A stretch of 64,000 nucleotides of DNA from Histomonas meleagridis 2922-C6/04-290x (lineage: Eukaryota > Protista > Parabasalia). Positions 21,081-32,910 of this stretch are shown here, one piece after another. The translations under genes and the position numbers were made by a program. The stretch lies in NCBI GenBank assembly GCA_020184695.1, contig JAANOX010000198.1, forward strand, positions 1 to 64,000. The letters run 5' to 3'. Each line of letters starts with the position of its first letter. The stretch's first letter is position 1. The notes below the pieces were generated by a model. That model searched no databases. It was not told the origin of the DNA and saw only the letters and a list, made by a program, of their open reading frames with translations.

Positions 21081-22301
21081 TCAACCTAATAAATCCAAAA
21101 CAAATGTTAATAAAACGCCAACAACTGCACCACAATTTTTAGCGAGAAAAAGTATGTCGTTTGCAATGCTTTTCTTGTCAACAGTTAATCTTTCATTTTC
21201 ATTAATTGCAAGATATATAATATTATTTTCGAAGTATGTATCCGAAAAAGCAAATGGTATGACCCAAAATACTGTCCAATAAGGATCAAATTTAATTATG
21301 TTTTGAATCGATATAATAAACAATGGATAAAACGATAGACGGAGCAACGATAAAAACCGTAACGGTTTTCTTCTGAAAAGAAAATGGTTGGCAGTTTGAT
21401 TGCCACAAAACAAAAATATGCAAAAAAGTACAGTAATAATTACATAGATCCAATTTCCAATATTAGGAAACGTAGATATCTTAGTTAGGTAGCCTGGGAA
21501 AAGCGAATAAGTAATGGCACTATTCACTAAAGTAAGAATAAAGTCAATGAGAATTAACTTAAATGTCTCTAAAAAACTGGTAGATAAAGGCGTGCCTTGA
21601 ACGAATCTGTTAAAGGTGTTAAAAACACTTTCTATTTTGAGTTTGACAATAAAAAGAATAATTGGTATGATATAAAGACATGAAGCTATACCAAAATATG
21701 CAGCTGAATCAACTTTGCTTTCGCTTTTTGTTGAGCCTTTTGTAAAGAGTCGAAGTCCAGCAGCAAATATTCCACAACATACATATCCACTGTAAAAGTT
21801 CCTTTTTTCTTGTTCACTGACATAATTAACAAGAGCACTTGTGCAAGATGATATGATAGATGAAATCATAGCGCAAAAACCAATTGATATCATTATTATT
21901 GTGAAAAAATATTGGGAATTAAAATCAATAAGAGCAAAAAGAGAAATACAAAGTAATACTATTGCTAGAAGAACAAGGCATACTATAATTGTAATCCGAG
22001 GATTTTTGATATTGAAAAAAGGAAAGAAAATACATAAAGTGTTATAAGTCAAGCAAAAAGCCCTAGAAACATAACACCCCATGTTTTGTGCATGAGAAAT
22101 CTCTTTGAAAATATCAATACTATTTACAAAAATATAATAAGAAAATAAAGATGAGAGTCCCAAAACAAAAAACAAAAATGGTTGTGAGTCATTCCCAAGT
22201 TCTTCGCTACCTTCTGGTTTATCTTCAATTAAGTTGTCTTTGATGCCATCTTCTGATTCTTTTGTTTCCATTTGGGAATTTTTGGGAATTATGTAAACCA
22301 T
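21081..22301 (-). CDS. Equilibrative nucleoside transporter (ENT/SLC29) family
   Basis: About 10-11 hydrophobic segments; LGLSSLFSY..F, SLFPG, RLSFYPLF, FAFSDTY motifs. Confidence 0.8.
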   Translation of the reverse strand: MVYIIPKNSQMETKESEDGIKDNLIEDKPEGSEELGNDSQPFLFFVLGLSSLFSYYIFVNSIDIFKEISHAQNMGCYVSRAFCLTYNTLCIFFPFFNIKNPRITIIVCLVLLAIVLLCISLFALIDFNSQYFFTIIMISIGFCAMISSIISSCTSALVNYVSEQEKRNFYSGYVCCGIFAAGLRLFTKGSTKSESKVDSAAYFGIASCLYIIPIILFIVKLKIESVFNTFNRFVQGTPLSTSFLETFKLILIDFILTLVNSAITYSLFPGYLTKISTFPNIGNWIYVIITVLFCIFLFCGNQTANHFLFRRKPLRFLSLLRLSFYPLFIISIQNIIKFDPYWTVFWVIPFAFSDTYFENNIIYLAINENERLTVDKKSIANDILFLAKNCGAVVGVLLTFVLDLLG

Positions 22302-22781
22302 TTAAATAACGAGAAAGAATTCTTTCTAATTAGCAGTTTTCATTCAAAGGTTTCACGTAAGGGGTCGTTTGAACACTTTTTGTTGCTGAAATTTAGGTGT
22401 TATAAAATCTGGTAGAAAAAGTCGATAATATAAACTTTTCAAAAAGTTTTGTAAGCAAATTTCATCTTGTTTGTTGTAAGTCTTATCATATGAATGATTT
22501 TATATTTCGAAAAAAGATTATTATATAATTATTTTATTTAATGATTTAATAAACATCATCATAATACATTGCATTATATATTTAAAATTAATATAATTTA
22601 ATGAGGCCATTTTGGAGAAAACTAAAATTATTTCAAAAAGTTCCAATGAACGAAGTAGGATATACAAATGAAATTAAATATCAGAATATTACCAGAAAAA
22701 CTCGATATTATCTCTTAAGGTTTCCTAAACGGTTTCCGAAAAAATTGAGAAAGGATCTGTAAAGTATTCAATATTCAACCA

Positions 22782-24173
22782 ATGATTTTTCCTGAGAAAG
22801 AAAGCGCGTCCCTGGGGAAAAGCATTCAAAAAGATAAAACAGAAGTTCCAAAAAATGAAGATTTAATTCAGTGTTTTCAAGGGATTGTTGATCCATCTCA
22901 AACTTTAAATTGTTTTAATTTCATCTATCAGTACTCCACACAATTTATCTTCCCAAAGGAAATATTTCCTTATTTTTCGCAACTTTTTTTGTTCTATGAT
23001 GATAATTTTTGCGCTGACCCAAACATTCGTACATCAATTAGTCATTTGTTTTATGAAATTATGGTAGATTCAAGGTCTGCCACCTTATATCTTATACACC
23101 ACAAGTTTTATGAAATAATTTTTCCTAGTTTTCCAAATTTTGATACTCTTCGATTAGTTGAAATAATGTTAGACGACGATATTCCTCCAAGCGACCTCGA
23201 TATCCGGGAACCGATGCCTACAGACAAAGATGAGTACCAATCCAAGTTTGAAAGTAGCGCACTCGTTCAAGGTTATTCACATGTTTGTCACTATTACCTT
23301 AAGAACGGAGCAGCACAGAAGCTTCAAACCCTTAACATTAAGCAAATCCTCCACTGCTTGCTTTCCTTTGGTTCCTATTATATTTCTTTTCAATACTTAA
23401 GACCATTTCTTGATCAAGTTTATGAACTTATATTTACTGATCCCGACATTAAGCTCAAAAGCTTATGTATGCGTATTTTAAGCTTTTATGCTAAGAAATC
23501 TAAAGCTGGTTTATTTTTTTCTTTAAACAAACCGAATTTTCCGTCACTTTTCAATGTAAACAACGATATGGAATTTGTGAACTCTTTGCTCTCATTTATT
23601 CATCGTGCTCTGAAGCAATTCTCATATCTTCCTCATGAAACCTCATTATTTTTTATACAGTTTGTTGTATCGTTGTTTGATTGTAATGATGATCATGTTT
23701 CTAATCATGCAATTTATGCAATCTCAAAAGGAACATATGGAGGAGAAATATTTTCGGAATTTTGTTTAACTAATTTAATAACGACAAAATTGTTTCAAAT
23801 CGTATACAACACGAATACATTTGAGAAACAAACGAATGCTGTCCGTGCAATTTGTGATCTTTTTTCGGTGTCGAGTGAAGTCGTTGCCGAAGAAATGGCT
23901 AAAATGGGATTTTTCCAAGTGTTACACGATTACTTTGAGCCTACCGCAAATATATTAATGAAAAGTTTATTAAATGCAGTAAACAAAGCGTTGGAAATCG
24001 CCGACTTGAATCCAAATTTCGAAAATTGGAAAGAAATAATTTTCGCTGATGACGAAATATTAAATACCATCGAAAAATATGCACCAGAACGTGGACATGT
24101 CGGAGATTACTCAGTGAACTCGTATGAGGTGTTGGCTTACTCAATATTGATGCAAAGTATGCAGTTCGGGTAA
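22782..24173 (+). CDS. ARM-like helical repeat hypothetical protein
   Basis: 463-aa intact ORF with helical repeat character. Confidence 0.65.
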   Translation: MIFPEKESASLGKSIQKDKTEVPKNEDLIQCFQGIVDPSQTLNCFNFIYQYSTQFIFPKEIFPYFSQLFLFYDDNFCADPNIRTSISHLFYEIMVDSRSATLYLIHHKFYEIIFPSFPNFDTLRLVEIMLDDDIPPSDLDIREPMPTDKDEYQSKFESSALVQGYSHVCHYYLKNGAAQKLQTLNIKQILHCLLSFGSYYISFQYLRPFLDQVYELIFTDPDIKLKSLCMRILSFYAKKSKAGLFFSLNKPNFPSLFNVNNDMEFVNSLLSFIHRALKQFSYLPHETSLFFIQFVVSLFDCNDDHVSNHAIYAISKGTYGGEIFSEFCLTNLITTKLFQIVYNTNTFEKQTNAVRAICDLFSVSSEVVAEEMAKMGFFQVLHDYFEPTANILMKSLLNAVNKALEIADLNPNFENWKEIIFADDEILNTIEKYAPERGHVGDYSVNSYEVLAYSILMQSMQFG

Positions 24174-24399
24174 AAAAAATAAATAAAAAGTGAAATAATT
24201 TTATTAATGAATAAAAATTTTTTAAACATTTGATTTAATATCATTATTATTTTTTAAATTTTTGAACCACAACAAGCTTAAACTACAAATTGATTGTTTT
24301 ATCCATTCATTTTCCATTATGATTTCATTGTTAGATGACAAAAACTTAATTTTACCGAATAAATGGTATTTGTTCTTTGTTTAGAATATTTATATTAGA

Positions 24400-25025
24400 A
24401 TATCATCACTTTATGAAAGATGCTCATTTGTTAATACTGTAAATGTTTCATTGATTGATTATTGCGCATTTTTTGGTTCGATTAAATATTTTAAATATTT
24501 GTTATTAAATAATTCGAATATTAAAAATTTATTTTTATGCAATTGCAGGTCAAAACTTAGAAGTTATTAATTTATGTGAACAAAATAATTCATCATTTAC
24601 AGACATATATGAAACAGCTATAGAATTTCATCGAAATGAAATTTTTCATTATCTTTATGAAAATAAAATCGGAAAATTTTCCAATGGTAGACAAAAGTCA
24701 TTTTCAATGTTTTCTTTTACAAAATCGAATTCCAATATCGAAAATCAAGATAATTGTAATTTAATTGAAGAAAATTTAATATATCTCGGGAAAAAAATGT
24801 GTAGAATTTAATAATTATGAAATCTTCATGTTTTTAGAAAAAGAAGGCATGAAAATAACTAATAAAAATACGAAATACATTCCAATAATTATAACAAATT
24901 CCAAATTCAATTTTACTATATTTAGATAAATCAGGAAATATAGTGAAATTACTTTTAGATAAATGAATTGATGCTTATGCAAAAAGTATTCATTGAATAA
25001 TTTTTTATATGTTTCAATAATTTAC
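24400..25025 (+). pseudogene. Degenerate DUF3447/ankyrin gene relic
   Basis: SLYERCSFVN, LIDYCAFFGSIKYFKYLL, YAIAGQNLEVINLCEQ and YETAIEFHRNEIF fragments homologous to 32911-34397. Frameshifted; ends in an insert relic at 24988-25023. Confidence 0.8.
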
Positions 25026-26378
25026 CTTCCACAACATATCAACCACAGGTGACATATCTATATTAGAAATATGACGATGCAAATAGATGAGTAAGGACTT
25101 GATCCCCAAATCTATTTAAAGGAAATATACAAAATATTGCATTTTTCATGTTTCGTACATAGTATACGATGGCACCAAGAATAAATATTTAATACATTTT
25201 GTTGGTCCAAAGGGTGAATTTCATTATTAGTATATTTATCAAAAGATATCATAGTGTTTAAATAAATTCACCAAAATCTTCAAAACATTATATTAAAGAA
25301 TATATAAATCATGATTTAAAGAGAATAACGAATTGAAATTAAATATATTTATCAGATATCTTTTTTTATATAAATATAATATTTTTTTCGTTGTTTTTTA
25401 TATCCGATTAACATATTAAATGTATTTTAATTTACTAACACTAAAATGTCATTGCATATAGTTGAAACCATCAAACACCAGTATCGGCAATGGATGTGCA
25501 AAGAAATTTTCGAGATTTTGTTCCCAAATTCATCGAGTTATGAGATTCCTCATCAGGAATTATCGTTGCATACAGAGATGCTTTTCTTTATCGGAAATAT
25601 TCTTTTGTACGTCATTTTTCCAAGTCGGCAATGAAACATATTTTCGTCGTTTCTCCCGATCTGGACGAAATGTTTCGACTTACGCCTGAAGTATCCTGTG
25701 AGAGCTAATGCGCATGGAAGATTGTTTGTTCACTTCTGATTGAAGGCATAATCAAATTTTTATCCATTTGGAAAGGAGAAACCTCAACGGAGTGGCTTGG
25801 GAATTATGATATCATTATATAATTCATCTTATAATCCATCCCACTGGGATATATGATAAATTATATGATGACTTTCTTTGTTACAAGTAAATGTATGGAT
25901 GTAATAGATAAACGAAACCCGTAGCTAGGGGTGTATTTTTAAAAAAATTAAATTCAGGTTTACAAAAGATCTTGTTTAATATTTAACATACAAAACTGAC
26001 CTTTATAGCATCTTGTATCATCTGAATTAACTTTTGAAAATATTATAATACTAAAAGAACTTTTTGGAATAAAATTTATTTGCATTTCATTTAATATTGA
26101 ATAAATACCATAGGAATGTATTAGATAATTCAAACATATTTGACTTTCCATATTCATATAATTTTCAATTTTCTAGGTTATTATATTCAATATTTGCATC
26201 AGAGATAACCAACATAAATGTATATATCATTATAAATTTATTTGGTGAGTGATTTTTAATATAACTACCAACGACTTAATAAACCGTTTATGTATCAGAC
26301 TTGTCCTGTGAAATTTGACAAAAATCAACCGTTAGAAACCCGCCAAAAATCAAATACTTTACAAATAACAGTCAAAAA

Positions 26379-27398
26379 ATGGAAGAAACCAAAACAATTT
26401 ACCTCCCAGAGAACATCAAAGAAATTATATCTCGCCGTAGTACAAGAGACCCACAAACTAGGTTTCCAGCAAAATTATATGCACTTCTTTCATACGTTTC
26501 AGGAAATCCAGAATTAGAAGAAGAAATAGGAATTGCATGGGTTGATAATGAGATTTTTCAGATATGTAAAGCAAAGCTATTAAAAGTCATGCAAATTAAA
26601 TTAAATACATTAAATGTCAATTTGAAAATTGGAAAGTTCAAACAATTACATTGTGAAAAGCATGGGTGGACTCGATGGCGCCGTGATGGCTTTACCAAAC
26701 GTGAATGTTTAATGAGCAACTCATATCAAAACTTCAATGAATCTGGGGAAATGGACATATCAGACTGGAAGCAATATCATAAGGATAGCACTATTCAAAG
26801 TGAACCCAAAGAATTCCATCTTGGTAAAATGACACCAGATCAAATAGATATGGTTTCACAACAAGCCCTTAAAGAATGGATTGAAATCATTGAAAGTGAT
26901 ACATTTTCATATCAAGCCTCGACCACATATTTTGTTCCTCAAGCAGCTAAGAGATATTGTGCTCCGCGACAATCATATCAAAATTCCTTTGAAGTGCTTA
27001 TGGCAATTTTTGCACCACAAGAAACGAGTTTTATACGCTTTGATGATTTCTATCGCATATATGCATTTTTTGGACCTGCCGATACATTGATGCTTAAAAT
27101 TGCATCTCTTTTAGAATGCGCAACAACAGGAACACATTGGCTATATTTTGGCCAACTTCCAACTAATAATGTCACTGTATATGGACATATTGACGAAGTT
27201 GAGTCAAATTGTTTGGTAATTCATGAAGCGAATGGTAATGTCACTAAAGTTTGGAATGATCCATTTAAGGACTCAAACAGTGATTACCTAATTGATCAAA
27301 ATGATAATAGATATAGTTCATGGGAACAGTACTTTCGAGTTCACCCAATAAATGAGACAAATGTGTATACTAATAATGAGATAGAAGAGTTTCATTAA
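26379..27398 (+). CDS. Initiator-binding protein (IBP39/IBD family)
   Basis: RDPQTRFPAKLYALLSY..NPELEEEIGIAW...MQIKLNTLNVNL...GWTRWRRDGFT is the parabasalid Inr-binding domain; length 339 aa. Confidence 0.88.
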   Translation: MEETKTIYLPENIKEIISRRSTRDPQTRFPAKLYALLSYVSGNPELEEEIGIAWVDNEIFQICKAKLLKVMQIKLNTLNVNLKIGKFKQLHCEKHGWTRWRRDGFTKRECLMSNSYQNFNESGEMDISDWKQYHKDSTIQSEPKEFHLGKMTPDQIDMVSQQALKEWIEIIESDTFSYQASTTYFVPQAAKRYCAPRQSYQNSFEVLMAIFAPQETSFIRFDDFYRIYAFFGPADTLMLKIASLLECATTGTHWLYFGQLPTNNVTVYGHIDEVESNCLVIHEANGNVTKVWNDPFKDSNSDYLIDQNDNRYSSWEQYFRVHPINETNVYTNNEIEEFH

Positions 27399-27697
27399 AT
27401 TGTTTGCACTCCAAAAATTATTTAAAACTTTTACCAAAGAACAATCTTATTTTTTTCTAGATTAATGATGATATTTTTAAATCCATTGTTACTTAGTAAA
27501 CATCATTTATTATATTATGACCAGAAAAATGCAAAATATTTAAAGAAATAAATAACATTTTACTTGCGGTTCAGAAAGGTTTCTGTGTGTGTTGGCACTT
27601 TTTCGTAAGAAACATGAATTTTTGCACGTTGCCAGAACAACCATCCATTGAAAAAGTGATGCCCCGGCCACTATCCCAATTCAAAAATTTGAATAGC

Positions 27698-27714
27698 TTA
27701 CCTCACTTCTCAGA
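27698..27714 (+). promoter_or_regulatory. Trichomonad initiator (TCACT) upstream of the CoA-transferase gene
   Basis: CCTCACTTCTCAGA immediately precedes the ATG at 27715. Confidence 0.6.
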
Positions 27715-29271
27715 ATGTCTGTTTCAGGCGCGCTGAAGGAACGTTGCAAGTACACACCATACCTCTCCAAGGTTTGTGACGCAAAAGATACAATTCCTTT
27801 ATTCAAGAATGGAATGTACGTTGGCTGGTCAGGCTTTACACCAGTAGGTGATCCAAAAGCAGTTCCAATTGCTCTTGCCGATTATGTTGAACAAAACAAG
27901 CTCCAAGGAAAGCTCAGATTCAATTTGTTCATTGGTGCTTCTTCTGGTAAAAAGAATGAAGATCGTTGGGCTCAACTTGATATGATTGCTTCTCGTCACC
28001 CATATCAAACATCCGAAACTCTTCGTAAATCACTCAACAGTGGCAAAGCTAAGTTTGAAGATAAGCATCTTTCTCAATTCCCACAAGATCTTACATGGGG
28101 ATTCTACACAAAAGATCGTCATGGCGGCATTGATATTGCTATCATCGAAGCCTCCGAAATCCTTGATGATGGTTCGATTGTTCTTTCAGGTGCTGTTGGT
28201 TCAGCTGTTGAAATGTGCTATTGCGCAGATAAGATTATCATTGAACTTAACACAGCTATTCCATCATTCAAGGGATGCCACGATATTGTTGAACCATGGG
28301 TTCCACCTGGCAAACCATTAAACATCAGATCTCCATCAGATCGTATCGGATCATTATCAATCAAAGTTGATCCAAGAAAAGTTGCTGCCGTTGTTGAATC
28401 CAGACTCATCTTCCCAGGACGTGCTGTTAAAGGCGCCGATAAGGATTCTCGTGCTATTGCATCTTATATTGTTGATTTCCTTCAAAACGAAGTTAAGCAA
28501 GGCCGTATGCCAGAGAACCTTTACCCACTCCAATCAGGTGTTGGTAACATAGCTAATGCTGTTGTTGATGGACTTAATGATTCACCATTTGGAAATCTTA
28601 CAGTTTACACAGAAGTTCTTCAAGAAGCTATGCTCCCAATGTTTGATTCTGGAAAGCTTAAATTCTCTTCATCAACATCCATGACTCTTTCCAAGTGGGA
28701 CAAATTCTATGATAACTTTGATTTCTATAAGAACAAGATTATCCTTCGTCCACAACAAATTTCTAACTCACCAGAAGTCATCCGTCGTCTTGGTGTCATA
28801 GCAATGAACACACCAGTTGAAGTCGACATGTATGGCCACGCCAACTCAACGCATGCTGGGGGCACCCGAATTGTTAACGGTCTCGGCGGTTCAGGTGACT
28901 TTGAGCGTAATGGTTACCTCTCAATTATGCACTGTCCTTCTGCACGTAAGACAAAGGCATCACCAACAGGTATTTCTTGCATTGTTCCTATGTGTTCACA
29001 TATTGACCATACAGAACATGATCTTGATGTCATCGTTACTGAACAAGGTCTTGCTGATATGAGAGGATTATGCCCAGTAGATCGCGCAAGACTTGTTATT
29101 GAGAAATGTGCTCACCCAGATTATAGAGATCAACTTACTGACTACTTGAATATGGCTATCAAAGAAACACAATCGAAGGGCCGTGGACATGAGCCACAGA
29201 TCTTAAGTAGAGTTTTCAAGATGCATACAAACCTTCTTGAAAAACAAACAATGCACCTCGACAGTTGGTAA
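27715..29271 (+). CDS. Acetate:succinate CoA-transferase / acetyl-CoA hydrolase family (hydrogenosomal ASCT-like)
   Basis: GWSGFTPVGDPK, LQSGVGNIANAV, YTEVLQ, EVDMYGHANST, NGLGGSGDF, VDHTEH-like DHTEHDLDVIVTEQGLAD. Confidence 0.93.
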   Translation: MSVSGALKERCKYTPYLSKVCDAKDTIPLFKNGMYVGWSGFTPVGDPKAVPIALADYVEQNKLQGKLRFNLFIGASSGKKNEDRWAQLDMIASRHPYQTSETLRKSLNSGKAKFEDKHLSQFPQDLTWGFYTKDRHGGIDIAIIEASEILDDGSIVLSGAVGSAVEMCYCADKIIIELNTAIPSFKGCHDIVEPWVPPGKPLNIRSPSDRIGSLSIKVDPRKVAAVVESRLIFPGRAVKGADKDSRAIASYIVDFLQNEVKQGRMPENLYPLQSGVGNIANAVVDGLNDSPFGNLTVYTEVLQEAMLPMFDSGKLKFSSSTSMTLSKWDKFYDNFDFYKNKIILRPQQISNSPEVIRRLGVIAMNTPVEVDMYGHANSTHAGGTRIVNGLGGSGDFERNGYLSIMHCPSARKTKASPTGISCIVPMCSHIDHTEHDLDVIVTEQGLADMRGLCPVDRARLVIEKCAHPDYRDQLTDYLNMAIKETQSKGRGHEPQILSRVFKMHTNLLEKQTMHLDSW

Positions 29272-29577
29272 ACATCGAAAATAACATAATAATTTTGTTT
29301 TTTTCTTTAAAGATAAAACATGTGAAATGAGAAAAACTTTAAAATTGGGTTCCAAACAAAGAAACAATTTGGCAAATAGGGAAAACTTCTGATGAAATGG
29401 ATAATGAGAACAAGTCAGAAATTTATTGTTATTAACGTTAATAATAATACATAAGTTTCGTAAAGGTTTGATTTTGGTTTCTCTAATTGCTTGTGGAATT
29501 AGAAAAATAATGCACAGAGTAAAAAGTGACACGAAAATTACAAAACCCGACGGTTATTAATTTCATAGAAAAAAAAA

Positions 29578-29869
29578 CAGTGGCTACAATCCTGCTGCAG
29601 GAGGGAAGTAACAGTTTGCTCACGCCCAGAATCCACGCACCGTAGAATCTGGAAATCTATTCGCTGTTCCGTTTACCGGCCTCACGCATTGCGATTTGCT
29701 TTAATCGTATCTCTCCCTAGCTTGCCTTCGCAAGAGTACATGATACATCAGATTTACCTGGTGGGAGGGCACTCAACACAAATCTAATTACCTATCACCA
29801 CAGCAGTTACAACGCCTGAATTCTAAGGGTAGCGTACACTTTACAGACTGGGATTACACCAATCCACCC
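29578..29869 (-). ncRNA. SRP RNA (7SL)
   Basis: GC-rich ~290-nt island. The minus strand starts GGGTGGATTGGTGTAATCCCAG (Alu-domain UGU-NR-CCCAG motif), contains the helix-8 motif GAGGCCGGTAAACGGAACAGC, and ends at a 9-T Pol III terminator (29569-29577). Confidence 0.88.
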
Positions 29870-30196
29870 ATTATTTCTTTCTATGTTTGAGTTTGTGATT
29901 ACATATTAATTTATATTAATTTAATTAAAAAGATCTTTTTAAATTTACAGAGATCATGTTAAAAATAACACAACAACACCAATACTTTTGCGTTTGCTGG
30001 TCGGATCAAGTATTATCATTGTGAATGATATTAAAATTCTTATTGAAAATTTTCAATTAATTTACTTAAATTTGATTAATAATATGTTATCAGGTGCTTC
30101 TTCTTTTGATTTAAAATCGCTGCATAATAAAAAACATTATCTAAATTTTTTTGAAGATTTTTTCAAAACGAAAATATTTGTCACTTTTTGTATTAG

Positions 30197-31750
30197 ATGG
30201 AGAATAAACCAGAACAAAGATCTCTACTCTTTGACCCAGAAAGCCCAACTATCAAGAGGGAAATACTTGCAATGATAGTTCAATTTCTTGAAGAAAATGA
30301 TTTTCAATCTTCAGCCTCAATCCTTCGAACCGAAGCAAGTTTTAGTACAAACTCAGATCTTGACAAAAAGATTGATTTTGATCTTCTTAAGTCATCTCTT
30401 TTATCCCAAGATTGGGCCAAAATTGATCAAATGATCAATGAAAAATCATTTTCTGGAAGACTTGTTTATTCTCTTTATAGACATCGTTTCATTGAAATAC
30501 TATTATCTGGCGACACACATTCGGCTCTTCTCTTTCTTTCGTCTAGACTCCGTCCATTTCGGGCATTTGAAGATCAACCAGGCGATTTCGACCAACTTAC
30601 CACAATACTCATTGAATCAGCATCTCCAACTTGTTCCAATCCACCACCAGAGCTGGAAGCTTCACTACAGCGCACATTATCCACAATCGATTCACAACAA
30701 TCAATAATCTCAACACCATCGTCAATGAATGGAAAACTTCCAGAAGAACGTCTTATCCATCTTATTCAACAGGCAGCAGCAAGCCAACTTATGAGTTATC
30801 CTCTTGGAAGAATTCGATCAATTGTTAATGATTTCGAACCAGCTTTACTTCCTTCTTACTCAAACAAAGCACTCGAAAATGGCCACACTGGTAACATAAA
30901 AGCTATATGCTTCATACCAGGAACAGAAAACCTTCTTTCGGGTGGAAGCAATGGTCGTATTGTATTATGGGATGTAACTCATCAAAGTCAAATAGGGCAA
31001 TTCATAGGCCATAAAGGACGTGTTTGGACAATTGCTACATGTCCACAATATGCTGTTAGTGGAAGTGCTGATGGAACGATAAAAATTTGGGATACAAAAA
31101 CCATGAGTATTGCTTCTGCACTTGGTGTCGAAGGTAATGATATTTATGCCGTAGATATTGACAACCTTGGAAGCAAAGTAATTAGTGGAGGTTTTGATAG
31201 ATCAATTAACTTATGGGATGTGAAAACGGGCTCAATCATTAGTACAATAAAGGGACACAAAGGTCCTGTTACATCCTTATGCTTGGATTCATCTGGAAAT
31301 CTCGCAATTAGTGGCGGGAAAGACCTTGCGATCCACCTCTGGGATTTGAGGGACTCTATTTCGGTTAGAACGATAGCGCCGGTTTTGGGTGAAGTTTCTT
31401 CCGTCACTGCCGATAGGGAGTTTACACGTCTTTTAGCCGCTACCAAAAATAGCACAAATAGAATCTGGGATTTAAGGTCTTCCGACACAGCAATTCTCCT
31501 TAAAGGGCATAAAAACACATCAAAGCACTTCGTTAGAGCAAGATTTGGTAGCGAAGGAAGAACTGTTGTTGGCGGATCAGAAGATGGAAAAATTTATACA
31601 TGGGATGCAGACACTGGAATATTAGTGGAGAAGTTAGATGCACATAAAGGTGGCGCTTTGGATATTATTTATTCAAAGAAACTACAAATGTTCGCTTCAT
31701 GCGGAGAAGATAGCGTAATTAGATTATGGGAAGAAAAACAAATGGCTTAA
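30197..31750 (+). CDS. LisH-CTLH-WD40 repeat protein
   Basis: ILAMIVQFLEENDFQSSASILRTEA (LisH); CTLH-like helices; seven GH...WD repeats. Confidence 0.9.
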   Translation: MENKPEQRSLLFDPESPTIKREILAMIVQFLEENDFQSSASILRTEASFSTNSDLDKKIDFDLLKSSLLSQDWAKIDQMINEKSFSGRLVYSLYRHRFIEILLSGDTHSALLFLSSRLRPFRAFEDQPGDFDQLTTILIESASPTCSNPPPELEASLQRTLSTIDSQQSIISTPSSMNGKLPEERLIHLIQQAAASQLMSYPLGRIRSIVNDFEPALLPSYSNKALENGHTGNIKAICFIPGTENLLSGGSNGRIVLWDVTHQSQIGQFIGHKGRVWTIATCPQYAVSGSADGTIKIWDTKTMSIASALGVEGNDIYAVDIDNLGSKVISGGFDRSINLWDVKTGSIISTIKGHKGPVTSLCLDSSGNLAISGGKDLAIHLWDLRDSISVRTIAPVLGEVSSVTADREFTRLLAATKNSTNRIWDLRSSDTAILLKGHKNTSKHFVRARFGSEGRTVVGGSEDGKIYTWDADTGILVEKLDAHKGGALDIIYSKKLQMFASCGEDSVIRLWEEKQMA

Positions 31751-32910
31751 ATGAAAACACTTTCGTTGATTAGTGACTAGTCATGACTATTAATGATTTT
31801 TATTGAATAAATGCTTTTTTATAATAAATTTTTAAATTTTTTTGTTTTTTGTGTTTTATCTGATTTACAAATTTCCCTATTTGAAATACGGTATATCTTT
31901 TGGAAACATGTTTCTGGTAAAGGAACGATCAAAATAACTTTTTCAATACGTACTGAAAAACGGTCGCCGGTACGATAGAGCGAAAATTTTAAATTAAATA
32001 GTTTACTCATAAATTGAGTGATAACTGAGAATTTCTATACACAACAAAAACTTAGATAATTTTTCTAAAATGAATCAAAAGCAAACGTAGGAGGAGCGGC
32101 CTTCCATGTGTGAAAATAACAGAAGGGTTTGACAGAAAAGGTCTCCAGCCTGAAATGCACATAAGGTACTAAGCTCCAGGATGGAATAAATTCGCACCTC
32201 CCAAAAAACTATTGATATGACGACGGACTATGCCTTTCAATATGTTATTTTACAACCATTCAATCCGTTCCTTGACCCATGCTGGCTGGATTCGCACCCC
32301 CACATTTTATTATAATTTGGATTATCAATAAAGTATACAATATCGGAAACATTTTCAATTGATTATGATCATAATAACAGTTATTAATAATTTAACCATT
32401 TTATAAAGCAATCAATACTTTCAAGCTTTTTTCAATTTTTCAATATTACACAAAAAGTCGTGGATATATGATATAACGAGATTTGTTCAGCCAATTTAGA
32501 AAATTTTCTCGTTTTTTTAACTTTTTGAATATCGTAAAAAATAAAGTATAAGATAAAAAAGGCAATTGCCTACTCAATATATTCACATCTTAAAATGAGA
32601 CAATGTTTCAATTTATATACTTCGAGACAACATATTACATGAATTCTTAATTTAAATGATGATATATTTTTTTATATATATTAATATTGAATGACGATAC
32701 ATGTAAAGAATAAACATCAGAAAAAATAACCGAAATTTTCTAGGAAAAACTGGGAGCCGCTCCGATAGATGAAATTGAATGATAATTTTCGAGGAGAAAT
32801 TACGGTTAGAGTGTCACCCTCTGTTTCGTTCTCATATATTATAATAATATTCAAAAAACAAAATTCGGCGGTTTTTTAAACGGCTTTGTCGCCCTTTCTA
32901 TTTTTCTAAA

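Noticed and set aside
25446-25830. Higher-GC patch as ncRNA or gene
   Set aside because: It has only short broken frames and no recognisable motif or fold; probably an unassignable relic.
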